The position numbers and the translations under genes were made by a program. The notes under the pieces are model-generated. The model was not told where the DNA came from. It saw only the letters and a program-made list of their open reading frames with translations, and did no database searches. From positions 68,381-132,380 of the forward strand of contig CAVWWK010000014.1 in assembly GCA_963758715.1 (NCBI GenBank): a stretch of 64,000 bases of DNA, in the 5' to 3' direction. Source of the DNA: an uncultured Actinomycetes bacterium (lineage in GTDB: Bacteria > Actinomycetota > UBA4738 > HRBIN12). Shown here in pieces: positions 11,365 to 22,067 of this stretch (positions within the stretch are counted from its first letter, which is position 1; every line of letters begins with the position of its first letter).

Positions 11365-12514
11365 TCACAGGTCCATCATCGACCGTTCGATCGCCCGAAG
11401 CTCGCGCCGGGCAGGCTCGCGCAACAGGAACCGTCGCAGCACGAAGATGATGACCGCCGCCGAGCGAGGCGATGGCCGCCGTCACCCACACGGCCGTGAA
11501 GGACAGGCGTTCGGCCAGGAACCCGAGACCGGCGGGACCGACGATCGCGCCCACGAACGCTCCGGTCTGCGTCACGCCGACCGCGGCGCCCGGCGCCACG
11601 GGGTTGAGCTTGACCATGGCCAGGTTGTACGAACCCAGCCACGCCCACCCCGTCGCGAACGCGAGCGGCACGGCGATCAACACCACCCATCCGATCAAGG
11701 TGCTGAGCAGCAGGAAGCCGACGGCTCCCAAGGCGAGCATCCAGCTGACCAGATCGAGTTGGCTGCCTCGGCGCCGGTCCGACCAATGCCCCACGAGCCG
11801 GCTCGTCAATCCCACCACGCTCCCGGGGCGACGAGCAGACCCGCCGGGCCTCGGCCATCCCGGACGCGACCGCGGTGCTCACGGTGTAGGCGCCCAAGGA
11901 GGCGGCGGCGGAGCTCCCCAGTCCGAAGGCGACCGCCGCGACGATGAGCAAGCCCATCGACATGTCCGCACGACCTTCCTCGGCCTTCGGGACCCCGCGT
12001 CCGGACGGTCTCGGGATGGCCAGCATCACGATGAGGGTGAGCCCGGCACCGATCACGTATGCCCAGTACCAACCGATCGTGAGTGCGATCGCGGGACCGC
12101 CAGGCCGGCGAGCAGCGTCGCGACGGGGATCGAACAATGCTTCAACCCGAACGCCAGGCCCTGACGACCCGGGTCGACGTTGCGGGCGACCAGGACGCTC
12201 GACGCGCTCCGCGTGAGCGCCGTCCCCACTCCGGCCAGGGCGATGAACACCGACAAGCTGATCGCGGACCTGGCCACCGCGGCGATGCCGATGAAGGCCG
12301 CGACGTAGATGCCGCACCCGATCCGCAGCGACCAATCCGGACCCGACCGTTCTGCGACGACGGCCAGCCTGGCTGACAGGAGGGCGGCCGCGGCGAAGTA
12401 GGACGCGTAGACCAGCCCCAGGGCGTTGATCGGCAGCCCGATCTCTTCCCGGAGCTGCACCGCGAACGCGCCGGTGAGGAACACGGGCAGGACGCCCACC
12501 GTATCGACGGCCAT
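11365..12514 (-). pseudogene. MFS transporter, about four frame breaks
   Basis: Hydrophobic TM-rich pieces on the minus strand come from ORFs 12053..12514 (N-terminal half), 11376..12557 (middle: IALTIGWYWAYVIGAGLTLIVML...) and 11345..11818 (C-terminal half). The true C-terminus IIFVLRRFLLREPARRELRAIERSMMDL* ends at 11365 in yet another frame. Confidence 0.7.
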
Positions 12515-12577
12515 GGCGACCGAGGCCGGGCGGACCCACGGGTGGCCGAGCCGTCATCGGTGGGCGACCATCCTCCG

Positions 12578-13569
12578 TCAGAGGTTGAGCAATCTCGCCG
12601 CGGTGCCTCCGACGATCTTGTCGACGACCGCCTGGTCCTCGATCGCAGCCTTGACCTTGCCGATGGGGTCGGCCTCGCCCATGTCGAAGGGGTGATCGCT
12701 GCCCAGCAGCACCTGATCCTCTCCGAGACGTTCCACCAGGTAACGGACCCCGCCGGATCGTGGTTCAACGAGTCGGCATAGATGTCCTTGAGGTACTCGC
12801 TGGGCATCTTGATCGTCGTGTCGGCCTCTTTGCTCAGTCGTTCGCGGTAGCCGTGATCCCACCGGCCCACCAGACAGGGGAACGTGCCCCCGCCGTGCGA
12901 ATAGCAGACCTTCAGGCCGGGCAGGCGCTCGTACACGCCCCCGAAGACCATCGATCCGACCGAGACCGCGGTGTCGATCGGCAGCCCGACGAAGTTCTTC
13001 AGCTCGTGCTCGGACATGCGCTCCGGGCCCAGGGGTGACAGCCCGTGGGAGAAGACGAACAGGTCCATCTCACGCACCTGCTCCCAGAACGGGAACAGCG
13101 ACTCGTCGCCCAGGTTCGTCCGTCGATGTTGCTCCCGACCTGCACGCCCTTGAAGCCGTAGTCGGTCACGATCCGCTTCAACTCCTGCAGCGCCAGATCG
13201 ACATCCTGCAGCGGGACGTTGCCCAGCGGCAGGATCCGGCCCTCATACTCATCGGCCAGCTCGGCGTACGCGTCGTTGATGGCACGGCTTACACCGAGCG
13301 CGATCTGCGGGTCGCAATCCAGATGCGACAGCGGCGGCGCGATCGATGCGCACGCCACATCGACGCCGGCGGCATCGAGGTCGGCGATGATCGTCGCAGG
13401 GTCGGTCAGGAACGGGGGCAGCGGCTGCTTGAAGCCGTTGTCCATCTTGATGAGCGGAGCCGTCGTCCTTCGTGATCACCTTGCCGGCGATCGGAAGGTC
13501 CCCGGAGACGACGGCGTCCGCGAAGGCTTTCGGAACGTGGTGCCAGTGCACATCGATGGTCGTGGTCAT
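12578..13569 (-). pseudogene. Amidohydrolase-2 (ACMSD-like metal-dependent hydrolase/decarboxylase) family protein, about three frame breaks
   Basis: The N-terminus is MTTTIDVHWHHVP, the metal-binding HxH of the family. Colinear pieces lie in ORFs 13249..13569, 12999..13445, 12142..13077 (CYSHGGGTFPCLVGRWDHGY) and 12578..12862 (VLLGSDHPFDMGE...). Confidence 0.75.
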
Positions 13570-13572
13570 GCG

Positions 13573-14365
13573 TTACTTCCCCTTCCAGTTCGGAGCCCGA
13601 TGCTCCTCGAAAGCTTTGGCGCCTTCCGCGAGGTCCTCCGAGTCCCAGACCTCCTTCAGCATGTATGCCGACAGGTCCAGCGCATCTCGGAGGCCGAAGT
13701 TGAGGCCCTCCATGATCGCCTGCTTCGACCAGCGAACCGCCAGCGGCGCGTTGGCCAGGACGTCATGGGCGATCTCCTCCGCCCGCGCCGAGAGCTGGTC
13801 GGCCGGGACCACCTCGGTCAGGATTCCGATCCGGTGTGCTTCCTCGGCATCGATACGATAGCACTTGCCTTGCAAGGTCATCCGCAGTACGTAGTTGAGC
13901 GGGATCCGCCGGCAGAGGCCGATGGGCTCCCACCCGGAGATCAGGCCGACGTTCACATGAGGGTCGAAGAACTGCGCGTTCTCCGACCCGATGATGATGT
14001 CGGTGTCGCACATGAAATGCAGTCCGCCGCCACAGCAGATGCCGTTCACCGCGCAGATGATGGGCTTGTGCACCTGCTCCATCAGCCGGGCGATCGGGAG
14101 CCACACGTGACCCATGGGCCGGGTCCTCGACTCCTTGACGTCGACGCCGGTACAGAAGAACTTCTCACCCGCCGACGAGAGGATCGCGACCCACACGTCG
14201 TCGTCATCCCGGAAGTCGGTCCAGATCGCCTCCATCTCATCGCACATCTGCACGTTGAACGAGTTGCCCGCATGTGCCCGGTTCAGCGTGATGTTCGCGA
14301 TCCGATCCTTCTTCTCGTAGATCGTTTCGATGAGGGCGAGTCTCGCCCAGCGTGCTGATTGTCAT
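13573..14365 (-). pseudogene. Enoyl-CoA hydratase/isomerase (crotonase) family protein, one frame break near the 5' end
   Basis: ORF 13573..14253 contains FCTGVDVKE and ICAVNGICCGGGLHF, a crotonase oxyanion-hole region. The N-terminus MTISTLGETRLALIETIYEKKDRIANITLNRAHAGNSFN starts at the ATG at 14365. It needs a shift near 14335. Confidence 0.8.
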
Positions 14366-14390
14366 CGGTTCCGCGCGCTCGAGGGCTGGT

Positions 14391-15171
14391 TCAATTCGGC
14401 GAGAAACCGCCGTCGACGTTGATGGCCTGCATCGTGATGGCGCCCGCACCGTCCGAGCCCAGGAACAGCACCAGGGGCACGACCTCTTCAGGGTCGATGA
14501 AGCGGCCCAGCGGGATCTTGGCGATCCAGAATGGCCCGCGTCTCTTCCGGCGTCTTCCCGGAGTCGCGGGCGAACTTGCGCATGCTGTCTTCGACCATGT
14601 CGGTGAGCACGAATCCCGGGCAGATCGCGTTGACGGTCACGCCATGGGGGGCCGCCTCGAACGCGACCTCTTTCGTCAGGCCAAGGACGGCATGCTTCGA
14701 CGAGACGTACGCGGCACGGTTGGGACCGATCGGCACCTTGCTCGAGGTCGACGCGATGTTGATGACCCGACCTTTCCCCCGATCGAACATCTCGCCGATG
14801 ATCTCGCGGATCGTGTAGAAGTACGAGTTCACGTTGACACTGTAGTGGTACTCCCACACCTCGTCGTTGTGGCCCACGATCGGCTCGTTGTCAAGCACAC
14901 CGGCGCTGTTGATCAGCACGTCGATCTCGCCGATTCCTCCCGAGCCCTCGCGACTGCATCCTTGACTTGTTGCCGTTCGCTGACATCGGCGGGTACGCGA
15001 TGCCGCGCCTGCCCAGCCCGTTCAACTCCTCCGCCAGTTCCTCCAGGGCCGGCTTGGTCCTGGCAACGAGCGCGATCGTCGCGCCCTCCTTAGCGAGGCC
15101 TCGCGCCATCTCCCTGCCCATGCCCTTCTCGCGCCAGTCAGGAAGACGTCTTTCCCGTCCATCTGTCCCAT
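14391..15171 (-). pseudogene. Short-chain dehydrogenase/reductase (SDR), about three frame breaks
   Basis: A Shine-Dalgarno-like GGAGAGGAAG precedes the ATG at 15171. Motifs seen: the N-terminal cofactor motif VFLTGARKGMGREMA, the catalytic YVSSK (YxxxK) in ORF 14488..14919, and the C-terminus ...GAITMQAINVDGGFSPN* ending at 14391. Confidence 0.8.
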
Positions 15172-15399
15172 CGTGTCTCTTCCTCTCCCGAAGCGGCGGG
15201 CTCGTGGCGCCGCTCAGGCCGCCGCTGTTCTTCGTCGACGATCTGCGCGAACACGCGAAGGGTGGGTTCGCGTCTTCGCTGCCGCCTCCGCGCGAACTCG
15301 GTCGGCACACGGTTCGCCGTCGCGTCATGGACCCGATCCAGCCGCCATCGATGATCTTCTTCTGGATCGCCTTCGGTCCCGAGTAGTGGCAGAGCGGGA

Positions 15400-16639
15400 C
15401 TAGGCGTCGTTGCCGATAACCCGCGGGGACCAGGCGTTGAACGACCACTCGTCGCCTTCCGGGAGCGCGTAGTGCACCTCTGCGGCATGGCTGAAGGCCG
15501 TCTGTCCGGTGCCGGACATGTGGGCGTCGGCCGGTTCCAGACGTCGGCGACCCATTCCGACAGGTCCTGGAGCTTGTCGAGCTTCAGGCCGGGCTCGTAG
15601 CCGTACATGATCTCGACGACCGAGGCGAGCACGGCCAGGTTCGGGACACCCGCCCGCTCGCCGAGCCCGTTGATGCAGCCTTCGAGGATCTCGGCCCCAC
15701 CCTCGAGCGCGGCGAGCTGACCTGCTGTGCCCAATTCGAAGTCGTTGTGGCTGTGGATGGCCAGCGGGATCTCGGGCCCGAGGTTCTGCTTCACCTCCCA
15801 CGCGTGATGCTTGTAGACGGCGGGGATGCACGCCCCGCAGATGTCATCGATCCTGAGCGAGTCGATCCCGGCCTCCTTGAGTCCTCACGATCACCTTCAA
15901 CCACTCCAGGTCCAGGCGCGAGAAATCCATGAGGTTCGGGTTCATGAAGGCGCCCTGCTCCTTGCCGTACTGGATCGCCTCGCACGCCCGATCGAGGGCC
16001 TCCTCGCGGGTGATCGTGAGGCCGCCCATCGACTCGACGAGCTTGTAGTTGTAGTCGTGATCGCGAACGCGGGACACAGGATGTCGGCCCCCGCCTCCAA
16101 GCAGAGGTCGATCTCCTCGCGGCACGCTTCCGGGTCCAACGCTGCCGTCGGATGGACCAGAGCCTGGGTCTTGAACTTCACACGCATCGCCTTCGTGCGC
16201 CTGATCTCGTCGATGAATCGTGATGCATCTCGACGATGTGCACACCCACGTCGTCGATCCTGCGGACGAACTCCAGGACTTCGTCCAGGCCAACGGAGAC
16301 GCCGGCAACCTGACGCCCCTCACGCAACGTCATGTCCATCAGCTGAACCTGCGCCGGCAGGTGCATGCCTTCGCGGACACGATCGTCGAAGTTGTAGGGG
16401 CTCACCGCCCACTTGCCCTCGCGGAAGCCGGGAGTGCCGTCCCTCGGCAGGCTCTTGCCGTCCGTATCGACCGGTGCTTGCGTCTGCGCCCTGAACGCGA
16501 GATCCGTCCCGTGCTGGCCCACATCGATCACCACCACTGCCGACTCCTTCCCCAGCTGGTCAGGCCAGCGGATGCTAGGCACGGCGACCGGCCGCGCAGC
16601 AAGGCGAGGTTCATTTGATTCACCCTCGAAACACGTCAC
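15400..16639 (-). pseudogene. HMGL-like / pyruvate carboxyltransferase family enzyme (aldolase/lyase or synthase type), about three frame breaks
   Basis: The substrate-binding N-terminal motif MDMTLREGRQ (DxTLRDGxQ type) lies in ORF 16178..16639. The metal motif IHSHNDFELGTA lies in ORF 15138..15794. The C-terminus ...SFNAWSPRVIGNDA* ends at 15400 in the frame of ORF 15400..15831. The start is not resolved. Confidence 0.7.
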
Positions 16640-16777
16640 GACCGGCTTGCCCCCGGATCTACGCCTGGGACTACTGTCCCGGTCGATGGACGCGTGGCCT
16701 GAACGTGTGGCTCGGCAGCTCGCAGATGCTTCGACGATAGGTCCAATCCGATCTCAGCCGTCGTTCGAGGCGATCTG

Positions 16778-17975
16778 ATGCTCGAGCACCTAAGGATCAT
16801 CGAGCTCGGACAGGTCATCGCCGGGACATTCGGAGGGATGATCCTCTCCGACCTCGGCGCGGACGTCATCAAGGTCGAGCCGCCAAGGGCGACGCGGGGC
16901 GACGTTCTGCGATCTACGGCGTCGGCGACCGCAGCGCGATCCATCTCACCCACAACCGGAACAAGCGAAGCGTGATCCTCGACCTGAAGAACGACTCGGG
17001 CGAGAGGTCCTGTTCGACCTGGTTCGCAACGCCGACGCGGTCGTCGAGAACTTCCGTCCCGGCGTGCTCGATCGGCTCGGAGTGGGGTTCGACGCGATGC
17101 GGGCCGTGAATGCCGATGTCGTGCTCGTGTCGGTGTCGGGGTTCGGGCTGGACAGCCCCTACCGCGACCTCCCGGCCTATGACCTGATCCTGCAGGCCAT
17201 GACGGGACACATGTCCATCATGGGCGAGCCGAACGTCCACCGGTGATCATGGGGATCCCGATCGCCGACCTGCTGGCCGGCGTGTTCTCCGCCATGGCGG
17301 TGCTCGCCGGGCGTCGAGGGCCGGCGGGCTCGAGGGCGCGGCGGCCATTTCGACATCGCGATGTTCGATGTGATGGTCGAGATGCTCGCGCATGTCGGCA
17401 CCCTCTTCCTGAACACGGGACAAGACCAGGAACCACGCGGATCCGCGCACCCGTTCATCACGCCGTGGCAGGCGTTCCGTTGCAGGGATGAGCGCTACAT
17501 CGTCGTCGCTCCCCGCGAAGAGCACTTCTGGTCCAAGATGTGCAATCGCCCTCGGGTTCGCCACGGTCGCTGGAGACGCTCATTTCGACGATGCAAGAGC
17601 CGGCAGACACATCGAGAGGAACTGCTCCCCGAGCTGAGGAGCATCTTCGTCGGACGCGATTCGGCTGCCTGGCTCGAGGTGCTCCGCGCGGAAGGGTGCC
17701 TGCAGCCCCAGTGAACAGGATGCCCACGATGTTTCGAGACGCACACGTCGAGGCACGGGGATGGTGAAGTCGTTCGGTGAGGGCGACGAGCGGATCCATG
17801 CGGTCGGGAACGCGCTCAAGGTGGTGGCGCCCCGGAAACGGCTCCGGTCATGCCTCCCGAGCTCGGGGCTGACACCGACGAGGTCCTGGGATCGATCCTC
17901 GGTTACGACGCCGCAAGGATCGCGGCCCTGCACGGAGCTGGGGCGCTCGGCGGCGTGGGGGCTCCGGTGGCGTGA
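16778..17975 (+). pseudogene. Family III CoA-transferase (CaiB/BaiF type), at least five frame breaks
   Basis: The N-terminus LEHLRIIELGQVIAGTFGGMILSDLGADVIKVEPP is the family III hallmark. Colinear pieces follow in ORFs 17064..17246 (LVSVSGFGLDSPYRDLPAYDLILQAMTGHMSIMG), 17243.., 17361..17714 and 17761.., with the end at ...ALHGAGALGG..* (17975). Confidence 0.75.
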
Positions 17976-17991
17976 TGCGGACGGTGAACCG

Positions 17992-18464
17992 ATGACGTGG
18001 ATCGCTCGTCACGCCGGAGTTGGACGCCTTGGTCGGCGAGGATTGGCCACCCGTGATCCACGATGTTGAAGCGACCGGGATACGAGCTTGGGCAGAAGCG
18101 GTCGGATTCGACGAACTCGTCTACTTCGACGAGGCGGTTGCCCGGTCGAGGGGGTTCGCGTCGTTGCCCGGCGCCTCCCGGGTTCCTCGGCATCCCGCGA
18201 CGTCGACCCGGCGACGAGGACCCCGGACCCCCGATCCGCGGTCTTCATCCCGACCTGACGCGGAGCCTCAACGGGGGCACGCGGTTCGAGTACTTCGCCC
18301 CCGTGGTCTCGGGGGACGTGCTCGAGGCGGTCTCGACGATCGTCTCGATCGAGGAGAAGCGGTCCGGCTCGTTGGGAAGGATGCTGCTGATCGAGCGCGA
18401 GACGACCTATCGGCGGGGCGACGAGGTGGTCGCGGTGCTGCGCGCAACCGTGATCAACCACTGA
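17992..18464 (+). pseudogene. MaoC-like hydratase, N-terminal-type hotdog subunit, about two or three frame breaks
   Basis: Translation reads LDALVGEDWPPVIHDVEATGIRAWAEAVGFDELVYFDEAVARSRGF...APPGFL...NGGTRFEYFAPVVSGDVLEAVSTIVSIEEKRSGSLGRMLLIERETTYRRGDEVVAVLRATVINH*. It is spread over the frames of ORFs 18020.. and 18063..18464. The start is uncertain. Confidence 0.65.
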
Positions 18465-18932
18465 TGGACATGCTAGGGATGGAGTTGACCGACAGGTCTA
18501 CATCGAGGATGTGCGGGTCGGAGACGGAGATCCCCGCCTTGCGCAAGCGATGCACGCCCCGACAGCTCGTCATGTGGGCGGCCGCCTCCCGCGACTTCTA
18601 CGAGATCCACTACGACGTCGAGTATGCGCGCTCGATCGGCCTGTCCGGACTGGTCGTGCATGGGGCGCTCAAGCACGCGTTCCTCGGTCAGCTGCTCCAT
18701 GACTGGATCGCGCCGCTCGGCAGCATCGTCGAGTATCGGGTGCTCCTACCGTGGTCTCGATCACGCGGGACACGAACTGACGTGTCGCGGCGCCGTGGTG
18801 GAGATGTTCGAACGTGACGGTGCGACCCTGGCCCGGCTCGAGATCGGTGTCGAGAACCATGAAGGGGTCGTCACCACACCGGGGACGGCGGTCGTCGCGT
18901 TGCCGTCCCGATCCGAGGAGGGGTCCGATTGA
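18464..18932 (+). pseudogene. MaoC-like (R-specific enoyl-CoA hydratase type) hotdog subunit, about two frame breaks
   Basis: The start overlaps the upstream stop (TGATGG at 18462). Translation reads IEDVRVGD..IPALRKRCTPRQLVMWAAASRDFYEIHYDVEYARSIGLSGLVVHGALKHAFLGQLL. It then continues in the frame of ORF 18624..18932 (...GHELTCRGAVVEMFERDGATLARLEIGVENHEGVVTTPGTAVVALP). Confidence 0.7.
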
Positions 18933-19530
18933 CGCTCCAAGACGACGCACGACACAGCACGGGTGAGCGCGAGGCGGCCGGGTCGCCTACGAAGGTCACA
19001 CACAATCGGTTCGCAGAGGCGACGGCGCCGGCTGTCGACCAGATCGACGTCGTCCTGGGTGAATGGGCCAGCGAACGTCCACGCGGCCGATCTCGCGCCC
19101 GTCGCCGTGACCGCCCGAATCTCGAGGCTCAGCCAGATCCTCCAGCAACGGATGGAGCGCACGCTCGCACGACTCGGCCTGGATTGGGGACAGTTCCTCG
19201 TCCTCGCCACGCTGCGAGGCGCTGGGCAGCCCTTCCGCATGTCACCCCGTGAACTCCACCGTCTCCTGCTGTTGTCTCCCGCCGCGGTCACGAACCGCCT
19301 CTACCGACTCGAAGCGAAGGGACTTGATCGAGCGCACGGCCGACCCGACCGACCGCCGGAGCCTGCCGGTGGTGCTGACGATGCAGGGGCTGAGCACGAT
19401 CGACCGAGCGATGACCGCGTGCCTCGAGAGCGAGCGAGAGTTGCTGGCCGGAGTCGAACCCGACGACCTGCGAAACGACGCTGCGCACCCTTCGGCAACT
19501 GCTGTCGGCCTACGAGGAGTACCCGACCAG
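18929..19530 (+). pseudogene. MarR family transcriptional regulator, about three frame breaks; 3' end not resolved
   Basis: The wHTH core reads LGLDWGQFLVLATLRGAGQPFRMSPRELHRLLLLSPAAVTNRLYRLEAKGLIERTADPTDRRSLPVVLT. It is assembled from ORFs 18929.., 18963.. and 19249.. Confidence 0.65.
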
Positions 19531-19660
19531 GCGAAGGCGCCGTCGGAACGTCGGACTCGCCGGCGAGGAGCTCCGGGTCGTGCCACCAGCGATCCAGCCT
19601 GGTGGGGGCCGGGAGGGCCACGACGCCTCCGAGCAGGTGCTCCCGCTCCCGGCGAGCGAG

Positions 19661-20420
19661 ATGTGGCCGACAACGCATCGAGAACTCGAGCGACTGCAAC
19701 GCAAGCTCGCGAAGCGGGTGGATGAGAACGAACCGTGGAGGTGGACCGGCGACCGCCATCCGACGATCGCAGGCGTCTTCGTTGCCTTGCCGGACCAGCG
19801 CCTGAACGACGACATCCGGGACATCGCGTGGGCAGCGGCAGTTGTGATGGAAGGTCACACGGTGATCGCGACGGCGACGACCACGAGGAAGCTGGTGCGG
19901 CCCTATCGATCCGGCTACCTTTCGCTCACGATCGGCCAGATCCTCGAAGACGTTGTCGCGGCTCTGTCGGCGAAGCCGGACATCATCCTCGTCAATGCTG
20001 CCGGGCGCGATCACGTTCGGGGGGCGGGTCTCGCGATCCAGCTGGGGGCAGCGATCGAGCACCCCGACCGTCGGCGTCACGGATCGTCCGGATGTAGGAG
20101 AGGCGCCGGAACCCGATACGCATCGTGGCGATTGGACCCCCGTCCGGATCGAGAACCGGCTCGTGGGGTTCCGCGTCCGAACGGTGGCGAAGGCGAGTCC
20201 GGTGATGGCGCACGCGGCGTGGCTGACCAGCGCCGAGACCGCGCGGGATGTCGTGCTCGGCACCACCGGCCGCCTGAGGGTGCCCGAACCGCTCCAGCGC
20301 GCTCGGGAGCTTCGCGCCGGCTCCGGAGCGAGCACGAGCGCGGTGGTGTCGGTCTACGCGACGGGATCCATGCATGAATCGTTCCATACCGCCGCACAGG
20401 GACGGAGGACGGGATCGTGA
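19661..20420 (+). pseudogene. Endonuclease V-like protein with substituted catalytic residues; one frame break near 20070
   Basis: Colinear with Nfi: MWPTTHRELERLQRKLA..., IAGVFVAL, PYRSGYLSLTIGQ, PDIILVNAAGRDHVRGAGLAIQLG, HPTVGVTD, LRVPEPLQRAREL. Assembled from ORFs 19580..20377 and 19953..20420. Confidence 0.6.
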
Positions 20421-21286
20421 AGACGCCTGACCGGCCGGTTGCGGTCGTCGGCGCTGGCACCATGGGCCACGGGATCGCGCAGATCGCGGCGCAGCGAGGA
20501 TTCGACGTGCTGTTGTCCGACGAGAGCGCCGAGGCGTTGGGCGTAGCGAAGTCCGGCATCGAGCTCACGCTCGATCGAGCGATGGCTCGAGGAGTGGTCA
20601 CGCGTGATGAGCGGGAAGAGACCCTTGCGCGGATCCACCTGGTGGCGACCCTCGAAGAGGCGGTCGAGAACGCGCGGATCGTCATCGAGGCCGTCCCTGA
20701 AGACCGAGCGATCAAGCGAGCCGTCTTCGAGAGGCTCGATACCCTCGCACCCTCGGACGCGATCCTGGCTTCCAACACGTCCGCGATGAGCATCACGATG
20801 ATCGGGAGCTGGACCCGGGCGCGGACTCGTGTGGTCGGTCTGCACTTCTTCAATCCACCCGACCGCATGCCCCTGGTCGAGGTCGTCAAGGGGCTCACCA
20901 CCGATGAGAAGACGGTGGACCGGTGTCTCCGATTCTGCCGTCAGCTGGGCAAGGAGACGATCGTCGTCGCCGATCGGCCGGGGTTCGCGACCAGCCGGCT
21001 GAGCGCAACCATCGGGAACGAGGCCTGGTACATGTTCATGGAGGGGGTCGCCTCGCCCGAGGAGATCGACAAGGCGGTCAAGCTGGCGCTCGGGTTCCCG
21101 ATGGGTCCCTTCGAGCTGGGCGACCTGATCGGCCTCGACGTCCGACTCAGCGTCCTCCGGTACCTGCATGAGACCTTGGGGGAGCGCTACCGCCCGTGTC
21201 CGCTCCTCGTCCAGTACGTCGAGGCGGGCCACCTCGGACGCAAGACCGGCAAGGGCGTCTACGAGTATCCGACCGACGATGCCTGA
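20417..21286 (+). CDS. 3-hydroxybutyryl-CoA / 3-hydroxyacyl-CoA dehydrogenase
   Basis: Intact 289-aa ORF. It has an NAD-binding N-terminus VAVVGAGTMGHGIAQIAA and a typical core (HFFNPPDRMPLVEVV, PGFATSRL, GFPMGPFELGDLIGLD). Confidence 0.9.
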   Translation: MKTPDRPVAVVGAGTMGHGIAQIAAQRGFDVLLSDESAEALGVAKSGIELTLDRAMARGVVTRDEREETLARIHLVATLEEAVENARIVIEAVPEDRAIKRAVFERLDTLAPSDAILASNTSAMSITMIGSWTRARTRVVGLHFFNPPDRMPLVEVVKGLTTDEKTVDRCLRFCRQLGKETIVVADRPGFATSRLSATIGNEAWYMFMEGVASPEEIDKAVKLALGFPMGPFELGDLIGLDVRLSVLRYLHETLGERYRPCPLLVQYVEAGHLGRKTGKGVYEYPTDDA

Positions 21287-22067
21287 AAGCCCACTCGTGA
21301 AGACGGTCGTCGACGACCACATCGCAACCGTCACGATCGATCGGCCGGAACGACGCAACGCCCTCTCGAGGCAGGCCTGGCTCGAGCTTCGCACGGCGAT
21401 CCAACGGTTGGCCGACGAGGAGCGGGTCCGCGGCATGATCGTGACGGGAGCAGGCGATCGCGCCTTCGCCGCCGGTGCGGACGTCGCCGAACTCGCCGAG
21501 CGGGAGCCGGCGGTCGCACTGGACGGGCTCGCACAGCGGATCCTCCTTGAGGTCGAACGACTCCCGTTCCCCACGATCGCTGCGCTGAACGGAGACGCAT
21601 TGGGCGGAGGGTGGGAGCTCTGCCTTGCGTGCGATCTTCGGGTCGCGGTCCGGACGGCACGTGTTGGGTTCCCGGAGGTCTCGCTCGGGATCATGCCGGG
21701 TGCGGGCGGTTCGATCAGGCTCCTTCGCCACGTGGGGCTGGGCCTTGCCAAGGAGTGGATCTTCACGGGGCGGATCCTCACGGCCGAGGAAGCGTCCACG
21801 TACGGCCTCCTGAACCGCGTGGTAGAGCCCGGCGAGGCGATGCCGGCCGCCCTCGAGCTGATGGAAACATTGGTAGCCCAGCCTCCGACCTCCATCCGAC
21901 TCGCGAAGCTCGTGCTCGACGCGGCATCACGCGCCGACGCGACGCCGGAGCTGGAGCGGCTCGCGTACACCTTGACCTACTACACGCCGGAGCGTGCCGA
22001 ACGGATGCACCGTTTCCTGAACCGTCATGCGGACCAGAGCCGTCACGCCGACCCGTCTGAGGACTGA
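21279..22067 (+). CDS. Enoyl-CoA hydratase (crotonase)
   Basis: The in-frame ATG at 21279 overlaps the hbd-like stop. Motifs seen: VTIDRPERRNAL, VTGAGDRAFAAGADV, ALNGDALGGGWELCLACDLRV, FPEVSLGIMPGAGG. No frame break. Confidence 0.9.
   Translation: MPESPLVKTVVDDHIATVTIDRPERRNALSRQAWLELRTAIQRLADEERVRGMIVTGAGDRAFAAGADVAELAEREPAVALDGLAQRILLEVERLPFPTIAALNGDALGGGWELCLACDLRVAVRTARVGFPEVSLGIMPGAGGSIRLLRHVGLGLAKEWIFTGRILTAEEASTYGLLNRVVEPGEAMPAALELMETLVAQPPTSIRLAKLVLDAASRADATPELERLAYTLTYYTPERAERMHRFLNRHADQSRHADPSED

Noticed and set aside
15172-15399. The 230-nt gap between the SDR and HMGL-like genes has coding-looking minus-strand peptides (..HYSGPKAIQKKIIDGGWIG.. / ..ANRVPTEFARRRQRRREPTLRVFAQIVDEEQRRPE..).
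   Set aside because: There is no start codon or SD, the pieces lie in two frames, and no family is recognisable. It may be a small broken gene, but I cannot support a call.
22043-22067. The convergent crotonase and MFS genes overlap by 25 nt.
   Set aside because: The MFS 3' end is reconstructed across a frame break, so the overlap may be an artefact of the chosen frame. It has no functional implication that I can support.
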